Shown piece after piece: positions 13,789-27,446 of a stretch of 64,000 bases of DNA. This DNA is from Schmidtea polychroa (lineage: Eukaryota). Below the pieces are notes generated by a model. That model was not told the DNA's origin, did not search any database, and worked only from the letters and a program-made list of their open reading frames with translations. Every line of letters begins with the position of its first letter. The first letter of the stretch is position 1. A program made the translations under genes and the position numbers. The stretch is from positions 40,984,001 through 41,048,000 of the forward strand of contig CM097885.1 of the NCBI GenBank assembly GCA_044892525.1, given 5' to 3'.

Positions 13789-13947
13789 GCCTTTTGCTGC
13801 GAATAATATATTTATTACAAATGAAAAATTTTCGACTAAAATAGTCCTTTTCAATTTCAAAAGGACTAATTGGATAAATTGAAAAGGATTATCTTATAGT
13901 CGAAAATTTTTTCATTTGTTTACAATATATTATTCGCAGCAAAAGGC
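13789..13947. mobile_element. Fold-back (hairpin) MITE
   Basis: Arms gccttttgctgcgaataatatat / atatattattcgcagcaaaaggc, with self-complementarity continuing almost to the centre; flanked by direct ttaaat. Confidence 0.8.
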
Positions 13948-14299
13948 TTAAATTATCATATAATTGTTTTAAAATTTATTCTATCAATTTTCACATTTGT
14001 ATACACCAACCGGCATTTGATTATCATCAAATGGCCATTGATTTCCATATTTAATAATATAAATATTAACTTACTTATAATAAATGTATGTGTGGCATAG
14101 CCAGAAGGGACATTGAATTAGCTCTTACACTATAGAAAGATAAAAAAAATCGCTGTTGGAAGAAAAATAAATAAATACATACAAACACGGTTCACAAAAT
14201 TTCTATAATAAAAAATACACACTATAGGACATTGATTTATCATTCAATTAGCTAAAAATTTTCCATCTAAAATTAATTAATTATAAAAAAATATACAAG

Positions 14300-14740
14300 A
14301 ATATGTCAGAAACTTCATCAGAATCGACTATTTCATTTCAAGAAATTCATAGATGTATGCTCTTCAATAGATGGACGAACAAGAGCTTCGGTAGATCACG
14401 AGTAGACAATAGAATTAATAACAATATACCAACAAATCGAGGTCTCAATTTTCAAAGATGAGCTAATCCATTTACAATAATATATCTTCATTGACTATTC
14501 AAATAGAAAAGTTGCCATATAATCCATTTTTGAACCCCATCGAAAGTGTTGAGCAAAATTAAAAATGGGGAAATGACTAAAGTTTCTTCGGTTGATGGAT
14601 TTTCCAGACAGATTTACCTTCAATGAATGATTTACTGCAATATCCCAAGCAGTTAACGAGGAACTTCGAAAACCAGATCATAATAATTTCAAAAATCATA
14701 TTAATTATCATATTAAAGATTATTCCCTAAATACTTGATA
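14300..14740 (+). mobile_element. Highly degenerate IS630/Tc1-mariner transposase relic
   Basis: LPYNPFLNPIES at ~14512-14547 resembles the (P)YSPxLNPIE motif; boundaries are approximate. Confidence 0.5.
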
Positions 14741-16229
14741 TTTTAGGTGAACTATGAAAAATTTAATATATATTATAATAAATAAATAAATATCTTACTT
14801 CTTTATTCATTATTTAAAAAAAATCTTAAATTTAACTAAAATCCAAAACAAAGCTTATTTGATATAGTTAAATGAATGTCTCATTTATGATAATTAAATG
14901 CGCTTTGGTGTATTTTCTATTTAATCTTTATTTCTTCACTTTAATTCAGATAACACAATTTGATTATTTCAAATTTTTTATTTCATTAGAAATATCAAAA
15001 TTTTTAATGACAATTATATACTTGAAGGGTTTGTAATATGGTTTATTAGGTAATTTAATATATACAAAGTCATTGAATTGAAAAAATCAAATGTTTTAAA
15101 TGCTTTATTCACTCAACCTAAATAGAGTCCTCGAAGAGAAAACTAAATGAATTATTTTGTTCATTTTTGTAATAAGATAATAAGAAAAATTCTCATTTAA
15201 TTCTACTATTAAAGAAATTGCTTAATTTAAATTGAATGATTAAATTAAAATTAATTAAAATTGATCAAAAATTATTATATAGATTATAACCCACCAAAAT
15301 ATTGATTTATATCCATTTAATAAATTGATAAGATCTTAATTATTTTTTTTTATTGACAATAATTTAAAATAAATAATTAACGATTTTATTAATTAATTTT
15401 CGATATGAGTTTCATATAAAATAATTTATTCTGCTAAATCTGATGGAATTTTTCATCTCATTTTCAAAAAAATTGTTATGATTATTGAAGCTACCCTTTT
15501 TAAGGTCTCAAAACAAATATGTTGTTGTACTATCTGAAAATCGAGGTGGGTCCAAAAGATTGTTTTCTTTACTAAAGTAAAACATTTGGATAGTTTGGTT
15601 TTCCGATTGATGAAATTGTGTTATTGTTTAAATAGTTGTGGAATACTAAAAGAAAAATCAAATCCTACAAATTTTAGTTATGGATTTAAACATTTTATAA
15701 AATTTTAAAAGTACACAAAATTTATATTGAGAATATTGAGTTAAGTAAAGATGTTTTGCATTATTGGGGTTATGTTAATGAGTGCGAATAAAAATTCTAG
15801 TGCAAATTAATTAACTATAATTCGAAAAACAAATTCAAGTGCAATAAATTAATCAAAAATTGAAAAAATTGAAAAATTATTTCTTTTCGAGAAAAGGTTC
15901 TAAGCGAATATAATAATCCCTAGAAAGCGTTAATGCGTAAACATAAATAAATGAATTAATTAATTAAAATATTTTTAACCAACATTTAAGTAGGAAAACA
16001 AAATCATTGAGTTTGTCAAATATCGTCTAATAATTGTATTTGAATCAAATTTTTTTGTTTTCTAAAAAATTATAATTGGGCTTTAGAAAATTTTAAATTA
16101 TGAATATGGAAATTAAAGTGAAAAATCTAAACTTTTTTACATCAATATAATTTTAATGAGTGGAAGATTAAGGTTCATGCCAAATGGTTAATCAAAACAA
16201 TATGAGTGTTAGACAGTAGGTAGTTAGTG

Positions 16230-16660
16230 GCCTTCTGCAGCACGACCATCCGGTGGGAAAGTTTTTTTGATTACGCAATTGCTGCAGAGGGACACTCATA
16301 TTTTTTTCAATACAAATAGAAGGGGCCTTTAGAAAAAAGGCCAAGATTTCTCTGACTATAGTGAAGGGATCTCCTTGGTCCAGAGATTTTCAATAGGAAA
16401 AGGGGGTCTACACTAAAGAAACATTGTAATTTAAGGTCTCACGATATTTTCAATAGATAAAGGTGATCTTCGATAAAAAAGCTTGGTAATTTTTTAAATA
16501 AAGTAAATTATGGGCTAATATTTTTGAATCACAGTAAATTTTGGTTATCATTTTGGCGTCCTCTATGCTTTGGCTTCGAATTGTGCCCAGGGTGAACGCT
16601 ATATTCGTTGTCCCCTGGAAAAGGTCTTGTCTACGAGCACATCGATATCCATGACTTACA
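16230..16660 (+). repeat. Dispersed repeat, copy 1 (shared with 52620-53005)
   Basis: Shared tttgattacgcaattgctgca, ctcatattttttt-caatacaaa, gactatagtga, atcgatatcc. Confidence 0.75.
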
Positions 16661-17253
16661 AATTTAATATCGCACGAAATATTCACATTATTTTTATAGA
16701 TATCTTGTTCCAATTTTTAAATTTCACATGATAGAATTAACTTTTATTATCATTAAATATGCTTACCAAATTCTCAGAAAATGATTGAGATAAACAAAAA
16801 ATTTTATAATTACTATTGTATTGTCTTTGCAATTCATTATTCATTAGATATGTCCCAGAAAATAGAATAATAATAATAACGTGCCAGGATTTATTAAAGG
16901 AGCAATTTAAAAAATATTTTTGTCAAAAAATATATATAATTGAAAAAGGCCAACTAAGTATATTAAATAACATCGCGCTATACATCTCATCACTTATAAA
17001 TCACACTAATAACTGAAAATAAAATTCCTTATTCCTCAAAATAGTTAAATTACTTAATCTAAAATATAAAAATACAAATTTTTATTTTATAAAATTATTT
17101 AATCCTATTTTTAAAGTTTTTTGAGAAATTTTTCATGAAAACCATTCAAATTTTTTTTTGACTGTTCAAAATATCTGACATTCCATGACATATATTTTCT
17201 TACATTTTTGACAAAAATGAATTGTATTTAAATGAAAACTTAAAACTTATTAA

Positions 17254-17390
17254 CCCCTTTACCGGTAGACCAAAGGATACTCGTCAAGCTGAAACCGGCT
17301 GATAACCGGTAGACCCGAGTTAACTCGTTTTATATATTTGAAAGCGTACTGCATCACGGTAGAGCCGAGTATACTCGGCTAAACGTAAAT
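17254..17390. mobile_element. piggyBac-like terminus with subterminal repeats; partner end not found
   Basis: ttaa|cccctttaccggtagacc followed by three cggtaga...actcg repeats. Confidence 0.5.
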
Positions 17391-20244
17391 ACGTCGTTCT
17401 AGGTCATTTAGAAACATCAAACCATAATAACCATGCACTCTACTACAACTCTAGCCCTGCTGAGGGCAAGAATGTATGGCAGGGCTAAACAAAATAAAAA
17501 ATTATACAAAAAACATTTCCCATGAAATCTCAGAAAACTTTCAAACCTCAATGTAGCTGTAATACCCCATCGCTATAGGCTAAATCATTACAAAAACTAT
17601 TATTATGCGGTTCTAGTGTGTCAGATAAATAAAATTGAAGACAATACAAAAAAATTTTTACAAAAGGTTGGAGCAAAAGACACAAAAACTTGCAAACAAT
17701 TGTTCATCTTACAACAATACTAAAAACTGCTTTATTCGTTATTAGTTGTTCGTTATTGTTGATAAAGATGTTTGAAAAATAATTAAAAGATTAATTTTTT
17801 CATAGCCGCAAATAAAGTCGCCAATTAAGGGTCGATTTTTTTTGAAGAGTTATAAATACATGATGTGAGTAAAAAATTTAAAAGTTATTATGTTTTTAAA
17901 TGTTATATTTCATCTCAAGTTTGCTTGTCCCTTTTACTATAGAAATCGTGTTGGTATTTCATATTGTTTTCTATGCATTTGTCTTCTACATATTAAAATT
18001 GTTAAATTTTACAAAGATATTTTCATCATGCATGTATTTTGGTATAATTTTGGTATGCTGCTTATAATTTAAATTTATTTATTTATTTGATAGATTATAG
18101 AAAATGCCAAATTTTAAAACAAGCATATGAATCTTGAAAAGTCAAAGATTGGATTTGTTCATACATCTCTCTTTAGTCGCGTCCCCGAATAAATGGTTAT
18201 TCATCTTATTCAAACACTTCTTTCAGCAGCTCGTTCATCTTTTTTGGAATGACTGAATTTCGTACTGGTATTCATTTAATGTCTTTTCTAAATTTTAACT
18301 TCTAATTTTAATAAATACTTCAAACTTTTTGATTGAAATATTAACTCTCGCTATAAATAGTTAATTGATATTAAATATTGCTAATGAATTTATGATCATG
18401 AAAATTAATTTTTTATTGTAACATAATTTTTCTACTTATTCACTTGTGACTCTAAACTTGTGTCAAAATGTACTAAATGTACACTAAATATTACATATTA
18501 CGTAATTCTAACGTATCGGAAGTAACCATTCGGATATGTCCCTCATAGCCTGTTTCTATTCATCTAAATATATAAATATATAGAATTTTTTATTTGTTTT
18601 GCATAAAATTATGCAATTATTATTTTAGTGGTTGCCAAAGTGCGGCACGTGAAACATTGAGTTACAGCACGCGTCCGAAATATATTTACCAAAGATGTTA
18701 ACAATTTTTAAATAATATTTCATTCGCCAAAATAAAAAAAATCGTAATATTGTATTAGAATGAAAATATATATTTAAATATATCTCGGCTTAAGAATAAT
18801 TTTATTATGTTAAAATACATCATCTCCAAATTGAATCTTTATTTTTGAAATAATATTCACATGACGTTTTTGTGGTTACAAAGAAAATACACCAATATGT
18901 AATTAACTCATAATGTATGTTTATTTGTCATAGGACAATATGTTTTTCGTATTTGAACCATATTAGTGAGAAGTGAGTCAGTTAGTGCGCCTCGTCCTGT
19001 TGACTATAGTCTGCCAAGAGGAATGACCATGATGAATGGGCTTGTCGGTGGACTGGACCGACCGCACTATATTGAGGTTATTTTTGAGGATATACATTGA
19101 TTTTGAGGCGCGATAAGGATGAATTTTTATGTAATCAGTGATGTGGAAATTGTTTTATTTGTTAAATTTATTATATAAGCATTATAAAACCTTCATTATA
19201 TCAGTTTTTCAGAATCGAGGTTTAATCTAGTTAATGGTATTTTTGGCAATAACAATCTTTACTATTTTCCATACTTCTAATTATCTTAATTTTGCAAATC
19301 CTTGAAGTTCTAAAGTTTTTTTTACTCTAATTATTAAAAATTACTGACCTCTGATAGATTTTTCAGGTTCATATTGTATTTAAATTAATTTCTTAAAAAT
19401 AATAGTATTTTTGCAGCAAATTCATGATATCACTTGTATCTATGTTTCTTTTATTAATGATTTAGGGGTATTATATTTGTTTGTTTCAATTTTTTTCTAC
19501 TTAATTTTGTAATTTATAATAATTTGATAGATTTAACCGCTATTGAATTTTCGGCATACTTGTAAATTTGAATGTTTTTTATAATAAAAATTATTTATTA
19601 TTTTCTTATATTATATACTGTTTTTATTGACTGGTTTGCAACTTATTATACCGTCTATTTAAATTATATTTAAAATATGTGAGAATAAAATTCTCAAGTA
19701 TATCAATATTATACAAATTGGGACGAATGTAAATAATGTATAAATGTAAAAGTCCATAATAAAGTTTCATTAAAAGAAATATTTTTTCTTAGTACGTTTA
19801 GTCTCAGTACTGGATTGTTGCTATCATATATAAATATTTATATTGCTCTAATATTTTGATACATCGGTTACGACATAATTGTAACATTTAAAACTTACAA
19901 AGTACATTCTTATTTGAGACTAAATAAACTAAGAAAATTATCTTTTTTTTAAAACATTTTAAATTACTTAAAAATATAATAATATTTTGTAATAATATTA
20001 TTAGGTAAACTTTTATACGAAATTTCTTTGTTTTTGTTATTTAATTTTCCCCACAAAATAAAAGTTAATCTAATTAATGTATGGTCATCGGAACTAGTTT
20101 TATATGAAAAAAGTTTGAAATAAATTGAATTTGTGGAAATGTTACAAAATTTGACAATATCTGCCAAACCAATGACTCTAAATAAAAATATTTTATAAAT
20201 CATATCTATAAAATATTTTTTTAAATTCTGCTTATTTTATTTAG

Positions 20245-20347
20245 ACATATTCTCGTTCATGATGGTGATTATGACAGATTAATTGCCTTTTATTCTGACC
20301 AAACCATTAAAACAAAAAATGGTATCCCTAAATCTATTGATCTTGAT
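20245..20347 (+). CDS. DENND11: DENND11-like exon 4
   Basis: ttag|...|gtaagc, phase-compatible with exon 3; HILVHDGDYDRLIAFYSDQTIKTKNGIPKSIDLD. Confidence 0.85.
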
Positions 20348-20393
20348 GTAAGCATTTCAAATGCTTGTTAATCTTCATTATAATGTGTTCTAG

Positions 20394-20535
20394 AATAATG
20401 CTTACAACGTATTTGATTACGAACGGTTTCTTCACATATTTGGAATAAAAATATTTACTCTATGGAAATTAGTTTTGTTACGCAAAAGAATCATGGTCCT
20501 CTCCAATCCTCCAATCGGTCCAATTTGTCAGCAAG
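20394..20535 (+). CDS. DENND11: DENND11-like exon 5
   Basis: Follows a 46-nt intron; ...FLHIFGIKIFTLWKLVLLRKRIMVLSNPPIGPICQQ, the DENN core LWKxxLLRKRI motif. Confidence 0.95.
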
Positions 20536-21266
20536 GTAAATAGTAGTAAAGCGATATTTTTCTCAAATTTCTTTGGTGAAAAGTGAATTTCTTAATGCTA
20601 TAAAGTTTACCAAGTGAAGTACTTTTGATTGTTTTGAAAAATTCTTTAAAAGGAAGATTGATTTTAAATTTTCTAAAGTTCTTTGTATTTTGTATTTAAT
20701 TTTATATCTGCTTTTCATTTACTATTTTCTCTGAAAATTTTATGAATTAAAAATATTTATTTTCTCAGTTAATGAATTAAAACAAAAATTCAAGATAGAA
20801 TAGAACAAACAATATTCCAGTAAATTTTAGAATTGTCTCCATGGATATGCCAAATTACCAAAAGATTTTTCTGTAATTCCGTTTAAATTAAAACCGGGAC
20901 AATGTTTCTTGTGATAGAGATTTTGTGTGAATAAATGCATTTTCGTTGACAAATTACAAATTTCTGTTTTAATTTATCCCAGTTTATAATTTTTTCGCCG
21001 AATTATTCGTTTTAAATTTTATAAATTGTCACAGAATGTTAGTTTACCTACTGACCGCATATTTGTCTATCTATTAACCTTTTACGGGAATACGGAAACT
21101 ACGGGGGCCCAATGTATTGACCGTGTACAATTTAACAAATGCGATATTCTGTGATGTTTCTGCTTTTAGGTTCCGTAAAGTGACATTTTCTCGAAATTGG
21201 CTAAAATATTTTTAAATAATTTACAGAAAATTAACTAATTTTTCATAACCTATATTTTATTGTTAG

Positions 21267-21561
21267 TTATTTGTTGTCATCGGCTCGGAAGTCATGATAT
21301 AGATCAACTGCAATATTTACAGCCCAAATTAATGTTCAATATCAGTTTGTCTGACACCGAGCAGTTCAAACCGTCTTTCTGGCAGCAGGCGTTCGTCGCT
21401 TGTTCTTCCGATCAAATCATACAAATTAAACAAACTTGGTATGACTGCCTTATTCGAGAATCAAATATTGAAATAATGAAAGAAGTAGATAGTCTAATTT
21501 CAGAAGCTGTTTCAGTATCCTCGTCGGATAAAGCTAAATTTGAAAAATTATTAAATATCAG
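21267..21561 (+). CDS. DENND11: DENND11-like exon 6
   Basis: ttag|...|gtaagt; VICCHRLG...FNISLSD...FVACSSDQIIQIKQTWYD...SDKAKFEKLLNI(R). Confidence 0.92.
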
Positions 21562-21757
21562 GTAAGTAATAATAATAATAATAATAATTTTGATTTTTTA
21601 CCAAAATTAATTATTTTAATTTTTATTTATAATCATTTTATATTAGTGGTTTAGAGAATTATCTTTCCACTGGAATTTATTTAGGATAATTAATTAAAGT
21701 GGTTAATTAAATTAATTAATATTATTAGCTTTTTAATAAAGGTGGTATGAATATTTA

Positions 21758-21794
<37 letters not shown>

Positions 21795-22435
21795 ATGCTG
21801 TTTGTTGAATTCTTTATTTTCTGCACTACTACATTGAAAGTATTTCCTCTCGGAGTTTGAATTACATAATATTATTGGAACTATTTGAGAATTATTTGAA
21901 TTATTATAATTTAAAATATTTAAAACTTTTAATAAATACAAAAGCTAGTGTAGCTAATATTCACCATTTACCTTTTTCCAATTTCCTTTATCTTTAGTTC
22001 CTAGAATATTGATTAACATTTGTTTTATCTGACATAAAATATTGATCGGTATTATAGAAAAACAAAGATAAATAAAAAATACATTTTGGTTTAGAGTTCG
22101 TAATTTATTTATACTATTAATAATTTAATCTATTTTAAGTAATTAATAATCGACACTTTTTTACAGAAAATAATAAAACATCAAAACAATATGCAACATT
22201 TTGGGGTCTCTATTACACTTACTAATAGAGAAACATATAATTTATTAGAAATGCATTATTTCCGGATCAGCCTATAAAATTCGACTTCTTTATAATTCGA
22301 ATAATAATTTTAAAACTGGTTAGTAATAATTTGTGCACATTATTTATTTATTTTATAATTGCTTAAATAAATTTGATATTTTGTGAATTAACTTTACTAA
22401 ATTATTATTTCTTTTTTTCATTTTTCATTTTTTAG

Positions 22436-22483
22436 ACAGAATATCGATTGTTCCAAAAATAATTGGGAAGAATGTGTTATCAG
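22436..22483 (+). CDS. DENND11: DENND11-like exon 7 (48 nt)
   Basis: Polypyrimidine tract plus tttag|...|gtcagt; phase 2 on both sides; QNIDCSKNNWEECVI. Confidence 0.75.
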
Positions 22484-24014
22484 GTCAGTGATTTACGTTA
22501 AATTTAAGCATTTATATAATATAAATAATGAAAAATAACTCTTTTTCCTCAGATGCCACTTTCAGAAAACAAAAAAAAACATAATGATGTTTAATCAATA
22601 TTTGTTAAATTTCAAACTGCATTAATTTCATTCTATCGGTATATTTTTTATAATATATGAATTACTAATATCGATATACATATGTTAATAATAAATTAAA
22701 TAAAAAGATAATTTTTTAATGAATTGAAATGAAACATCTTGTTTTAACTATATATTAAATTTATAAACGAAGAAAGTTTTTATATGTATATATATAGTAT
22801 GAAATTATTTTTAGAAATAATTTTTCCTTTAATTGTGCTATTTTAAATGTAATTTTAATTGATCTATTATAAAAGAAGAACTAACTAAAACATTTAGAAA
22901 TTTTATTTATGATTCCGAAGACTAGGAATTATAAAACCTCTCTTGTTTAAAAAGAATTACTTTTATTTATACATTATACTTCGTAATTTTACAAGAACGG
23001 CACAAATGGAAATTAACCAATAAACATTTTTTTAAATTATTAACATTCACCTTTAGTCTTTTGAAATAATATTACAAACATTTTATTTGTGTTGTGAGTT
23101 TTCCAGTTTATTTTGTTTATGTAAATCTGAGATTTTCGAGTAGCCTTTTGTCATTACTTCAAATGTTAATTGTATTCATAATAAAAAAGATAATTAATTT
23201 TTAAGAAAATTCAACGAGTTTATAATTATATAAAAATCGCCATTCGTAATTCTTTTTCACTATATATTTCGATAGCATCACTATCATCATCAGGTTACCT
23301 CCATTCACGACAGATGAATAACTATACTATATTGATAATTTATAAACAAAAACTGTTATTTAAAACTGTTAAAACTGTTATTTAAAATTTAAAAATTCAT
23401 ATATTTTATAATTTGTTTATATACTTGTTCAGATACTTCATGACTGAGGCAGCTCGATAATAACACATTAATGTTGTTGAGTAAGATGATGTTCTTAAGT
23501 AATTTAAAGAGTGAAAAACACCTGATAAAAGTAAAAATAGAAATTTCCAAATTCCAATTCAGTTCCTCAAACATCTTAAAACTTTCAAAAATCTCTCTTT
23601 GATTCTGTATAATCATATTACAAAATTATCTAATAACAGCTTCATCATTATAGGAATGACATTTTTCAACTTTTTCTTTAAAAAATAACTTATCTCCTGC
23701 TTCAGGGTTTGCCAACATACGGCCATATATATTTCATCTAGTTTATATCCAATATTAAACACAAATTCAAATCTAGAAAAGGAAGTGAAACAAACACTGT
23801 TCACTTTACATGACATTTATTGAAAAACACATTTACACACTAAAATAACATATTTAAAAAATATAAAAACAACAATATTCATATATGGTAACACTCAAAA
23901 TCATATGTGGTTTCTTGAAAACTCTTGTGTAATTTTACCATTTAATTTCCGGAAGAAAACTTTCTATTTTATACATAATTTTAGTCACTTCTATATCTAT
24001 GGGGTATTTTAGAT

Positions 24015-26297
24015 CAGTGTTTCTCAACCCAAAAAGCAGTACGGACCGTAAATAATCTTAATTTTTTTTCACGACCCGTAATTTCAGTTTGACTTTACAA
24101 TCTAATAAAATTAATAATTTTAAAAAAAGTTAACAGATGAACAAAATATTTATTATAAAAGGATCAACAATAACGAAATCAAAACAATTAGAAACATAAT
24201 TTTATAAATTAATGTGATTGTTGTTGCTCTTTCTCTCGTACCAGTTTGTCTATTCTTGGTTTTAAAGAAGTGATAGCAAGTCGCAAAGCAGGGCCAGTAA
24301 ATAACCTGTTTCTTTGCTTCGTTTTAATAATTGACACTGCTGAAAATGCTGATTCACACAAGTAAGTTGTAGAAAAGGGTAATAAAATGTGAATGGCAAT
24401 TTTGCTGAGGGCTGGATATTCCTCCTTGACTTTTATCCAAAACTGTGTAATGCTCATTGAGTTAAACATTGATTTCAATCCCATATCTGATGATAACTCA
24501 ATCAATTTTTCTGCTTCTGTGTTTGAAAGGTTGTTTTGTTGGTGATCAAGAAATGGATTGGATATCCACATGTTTCCAAATCGAACATCGTCATTAGGTG
24601 GATAGTAGCTGTCAAACATTTGAGCAAGCACTTCTAAATGTTGAGTGATACAAGAAACAACATTATCCAAATTCAAGTCAAAAGATTCTGTGAAATCGTT
24701 AAATGAAGGAAACATTTCATAATTCTGCTCTTGTGTGCGGTTTAACCAAGTTTTTATTTTTTCTTAAAAGCATCAATTTTATTCCAGACATTGAAGACAG
24801 TTGTCATTGGACCTTGTAGACTCAGATTCAGCTGATTTATCAGAGAAAAGAAGTCTGATAAATAAGCAAGTTTTGCAATCCATTCTTCATCAAAGAAATG
24901 TTTGGCATGATCTGAATTTTTTTGACTTAAAAAGATTTCCACCTCATCTCGCAACTCGTAGAGCCTTGTAAGAACTCTCCCTCTGGAAAGCCAGCGCACT
25001 TCAGCGTGAAGTAGCAACTGTCAATTTCCTGAATCCATTTCATCACAAAGAATTGTGAACAATCGGGAATTGAGTGCATTGCTCTTGATGAAATTAACAA
25101 TCTGAATTGAAACTGAAAGAACTTCATGTAATTCGGGAGACATTTTTTTTGCTGCTAAATGCTCACGGTGAATAACACAGTGAGTAAATTTAAATGTATC
25201 ACCAGCAACGTCTTGGATTCTTGTTCTTACACCTGAAAGTCTGCCAACCATGTTTGCTGCACCATCTGTACACAATCCAATGCACAATTTCCAGTTCAAA
25301 GAATTTTTTTTGACATATTCATCAATGATGCGAAACTGGTTGTGTAAGAGGGAGTCTCACTGCAACACAAAAGGTCTTCTTTGAGGTCACTCTTGTCATA
25401 ATCAACATATCTAACATGACATAAAAGAACTGCTTTGTTTGCAACATCTGTTGACTCATCCATTTGGATTTCAAATGACTCTGACTTCTTGACCTTTTCG
25501 ATGAGTTGATCTTCAATATCTGCCGATAATTCCTCAATCCTTCTTCTAATTGTGTCATTGGATAAAGGAATGGCCTTCATTTTGTCACCAGCTTTTAAAC
25601 CCAAAATCTCTGAACAAACATCCACCAAACATGGTTTAATTAGTTTTTGAGCAATTGAAAATGGTTTTTTACATTCGGCAATTCGAAAAGCAACCAAATA
25701 AGAAGCCTTTAAAAGTGATTTGTTGGCTAAAAGGGACTTTAGAAATGAATTTTTTTGGCTTTTTATCTCAGAAGCTTTTCTCTCAAAGAAATCAATTGGT
25801 TTTGATTCCAATTCTTTGTGTTTTGAGTTCAAATGTCGTGATAAATTATTTGTTTTCATTCTTTCATTGGACAGCACTTCCCCACAAATGATACATTGTG
25901 GTTTGGGACAACTTGCATCTGATCCAGGCCAAGAAATAAATCCAAATCTTAAAAAAGTAATGTTGTATTTGCGAACAAAACTTGACCTCTTCTTTTTTTC
26001 GGGTGGACATTGAACTTCTTCTTAATCATTGTTTTCAACAGCTGTTGAATTGTTATTGTTAACCTTTATAACAAAATTGTTTAATGTTGCTTGTCTTTTT
26101 TTACGTTTCATTTTAGGATTGGAAAAAGTTTAGGATTATTAAAAACTTGATTAATTTTTAGCAATTTTTAAATTATATTTATTGATTAATTGTAAAAAAT
26201 TAGCATTAAATAAAAAAATTTTCAAATTTCCTCAAGACCCGTACAAAATCTTCCACGACCCGGTACCGGGTCGCGACCCGGCGGTTGAGAATCGCTG
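24015..26297 (-). mobile_element. Full-length Buster/Charlie-type hAT DNA transposon in DENND11 intron 7
   Basis: TIRs CAGTGTTTCTCAACC / CAGCGATTCTCAACC; perfect 8-bp TSD TTTTAGAT (nnnTAnnn) at 24007-24014 and 26298-26305; subterminal gacccg repeats. Confidence 0.97.
24209..26111 (-). pseudogene. hAT transposase (ZBED5/SCAND3/Buster-like) with a premature stop and several frameshifts
   Basis: BED finger PQCIICGEVLSNERMK..LSRHL..KH; QMDESTD; CTDGAANMVG; HCVIHREHL; EVRWLSRG; PFSTTYLCESAFS; ends QSH*. Confidence 0.95.
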
Positions 26298-26639
26298 TTT
26301 TAGATACAGTAAAACGAGTTTTTAGATTTTTTTAAGTATTTAATTTAGGATTTGTTTTAATATTAATTGATAAAATGTTTTATTAAAACCTTTTATCCAA
26401 ATACACTATTTTCAGTAAAGATAATTTAAATATTTTTTTCACCTGAAAACTTTTATATGTATTGTTTTTGAGCATTATGCAATAATTTATAGTATTTCTT
26501 GGCACCCTGACAAAAGCGCGCAAAGATAAACATAGATTAGGGAAATAGTAAGAACAATTTAATTCATTCAGATTAATTAAAAACTAGTCAACGAACAACA
26601 ACAATATTATTGAAAAATCTATATCTACATTGAGACGTT

Positions 26640-27190
26640 TTTTCAGACCCTGTGTAAATAATCTATTAACTGTACTGTTCCGTAAGTTTGGTAGTAAAGC
26701 TTGTAGGCTTAGATTAAGTTGAACGCATTTGGACTTAGACCCCTCTGGATTTCTGAAATCGGATTTTTAACGTTGGATAAACAATTCCACGTTATCCTGC
26801 TCTTTCCGAAAACGATCACCCAGCTCGACTCTGCTGAAATCCCTAATGCCAACCCTCCTCTGAAATATTGGTATGGGGTAGATTGTTGTTCCCACAATCT
26901 AGCATATTTTTTGTTAGCTGACTTAAGTATCTTCTCAATAGTCTGTGATGGGGGTCAGTTCTAGAAAATAAATATTTGCCAAATGATCAAAAGTTGCTTG
27001 CATGTCACCTACTAGAATGAAGCACCGAAACACTGACCAAGATGGAAGAAACATCCAAATAATCGATCTTCTAAAATTCTCCATAACTGTATCATCTTAC
27101 AATTGGGTTTAATCTTCTGCGCCAAGCAATTTAGCTCTGTGCTCACATCTACGCTGTTTTCAAATCTAAGCTGTGCCCTTTTATCGGGTC
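26640..27190 (-). mobile_element. Degenerate Mutator (MULE) transposase fragment
   Basis: Minus-strand GCFFHLGQC (CxxH motif), LPHTNISEEGWH (PRTNNxxEGWH-like) and FRKEQDNVE. Confidence 0.75.
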
Positions 27191-27253
27191 ATCTATTTTT
27201 TACATGTATTTCTATTAAAATAGTATTTTTTATTTATAATTCTTCTTATTTAG

Positions 27254-27446
27254 CTTTTTCAAATCGGAAAACAATAAGCTGCTCTCAGTATTGTTGGATC
27301 TAGCAAATTCTGGGGAGCCCGAAATTACTACAACTCAAATTGAACATCTTGGGTTTCACCCAAAAGAAGACAAAGATTTCCTTTTACTGCTATTAGAGAC
27401 ATATGGAATAGATTTAGTTTACCACGTCGACTCCAAGTGTTGCTGA
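27254..27446 (+). CDS. DENND11: DENND11-like exon 8 (terminal)
   Basis: FFKSENNKLLSVLLDLANSGEPEITTTQIEHLGFHPKEDKDFLLLLLETYGIDLVYHVDSKCC*. The eight exons sum to 1194 nt in one open frame. Confidence 0.93.

Noticed and set aside
18960..19135. Possible intronic C/D snoRNA (ATGATGA box)
   Set aside because: There is no CTGA D box or terminal stem at a suitable distance.
21074..21180. piggyBac-like ttaaccttttacgg end (also ttaaccc ends near 8569 and 28585)
   Set aside because: No convincing partner TIR or TSD.
23389..23816. Two minus-strand ORFs in intron 7
   Set aside because: No recognisable motif or splice structure; cannot support a call.
25655..26013. Plus-strand ORFs
   Set aside because: They are antisense shadows of the hAT transposase.
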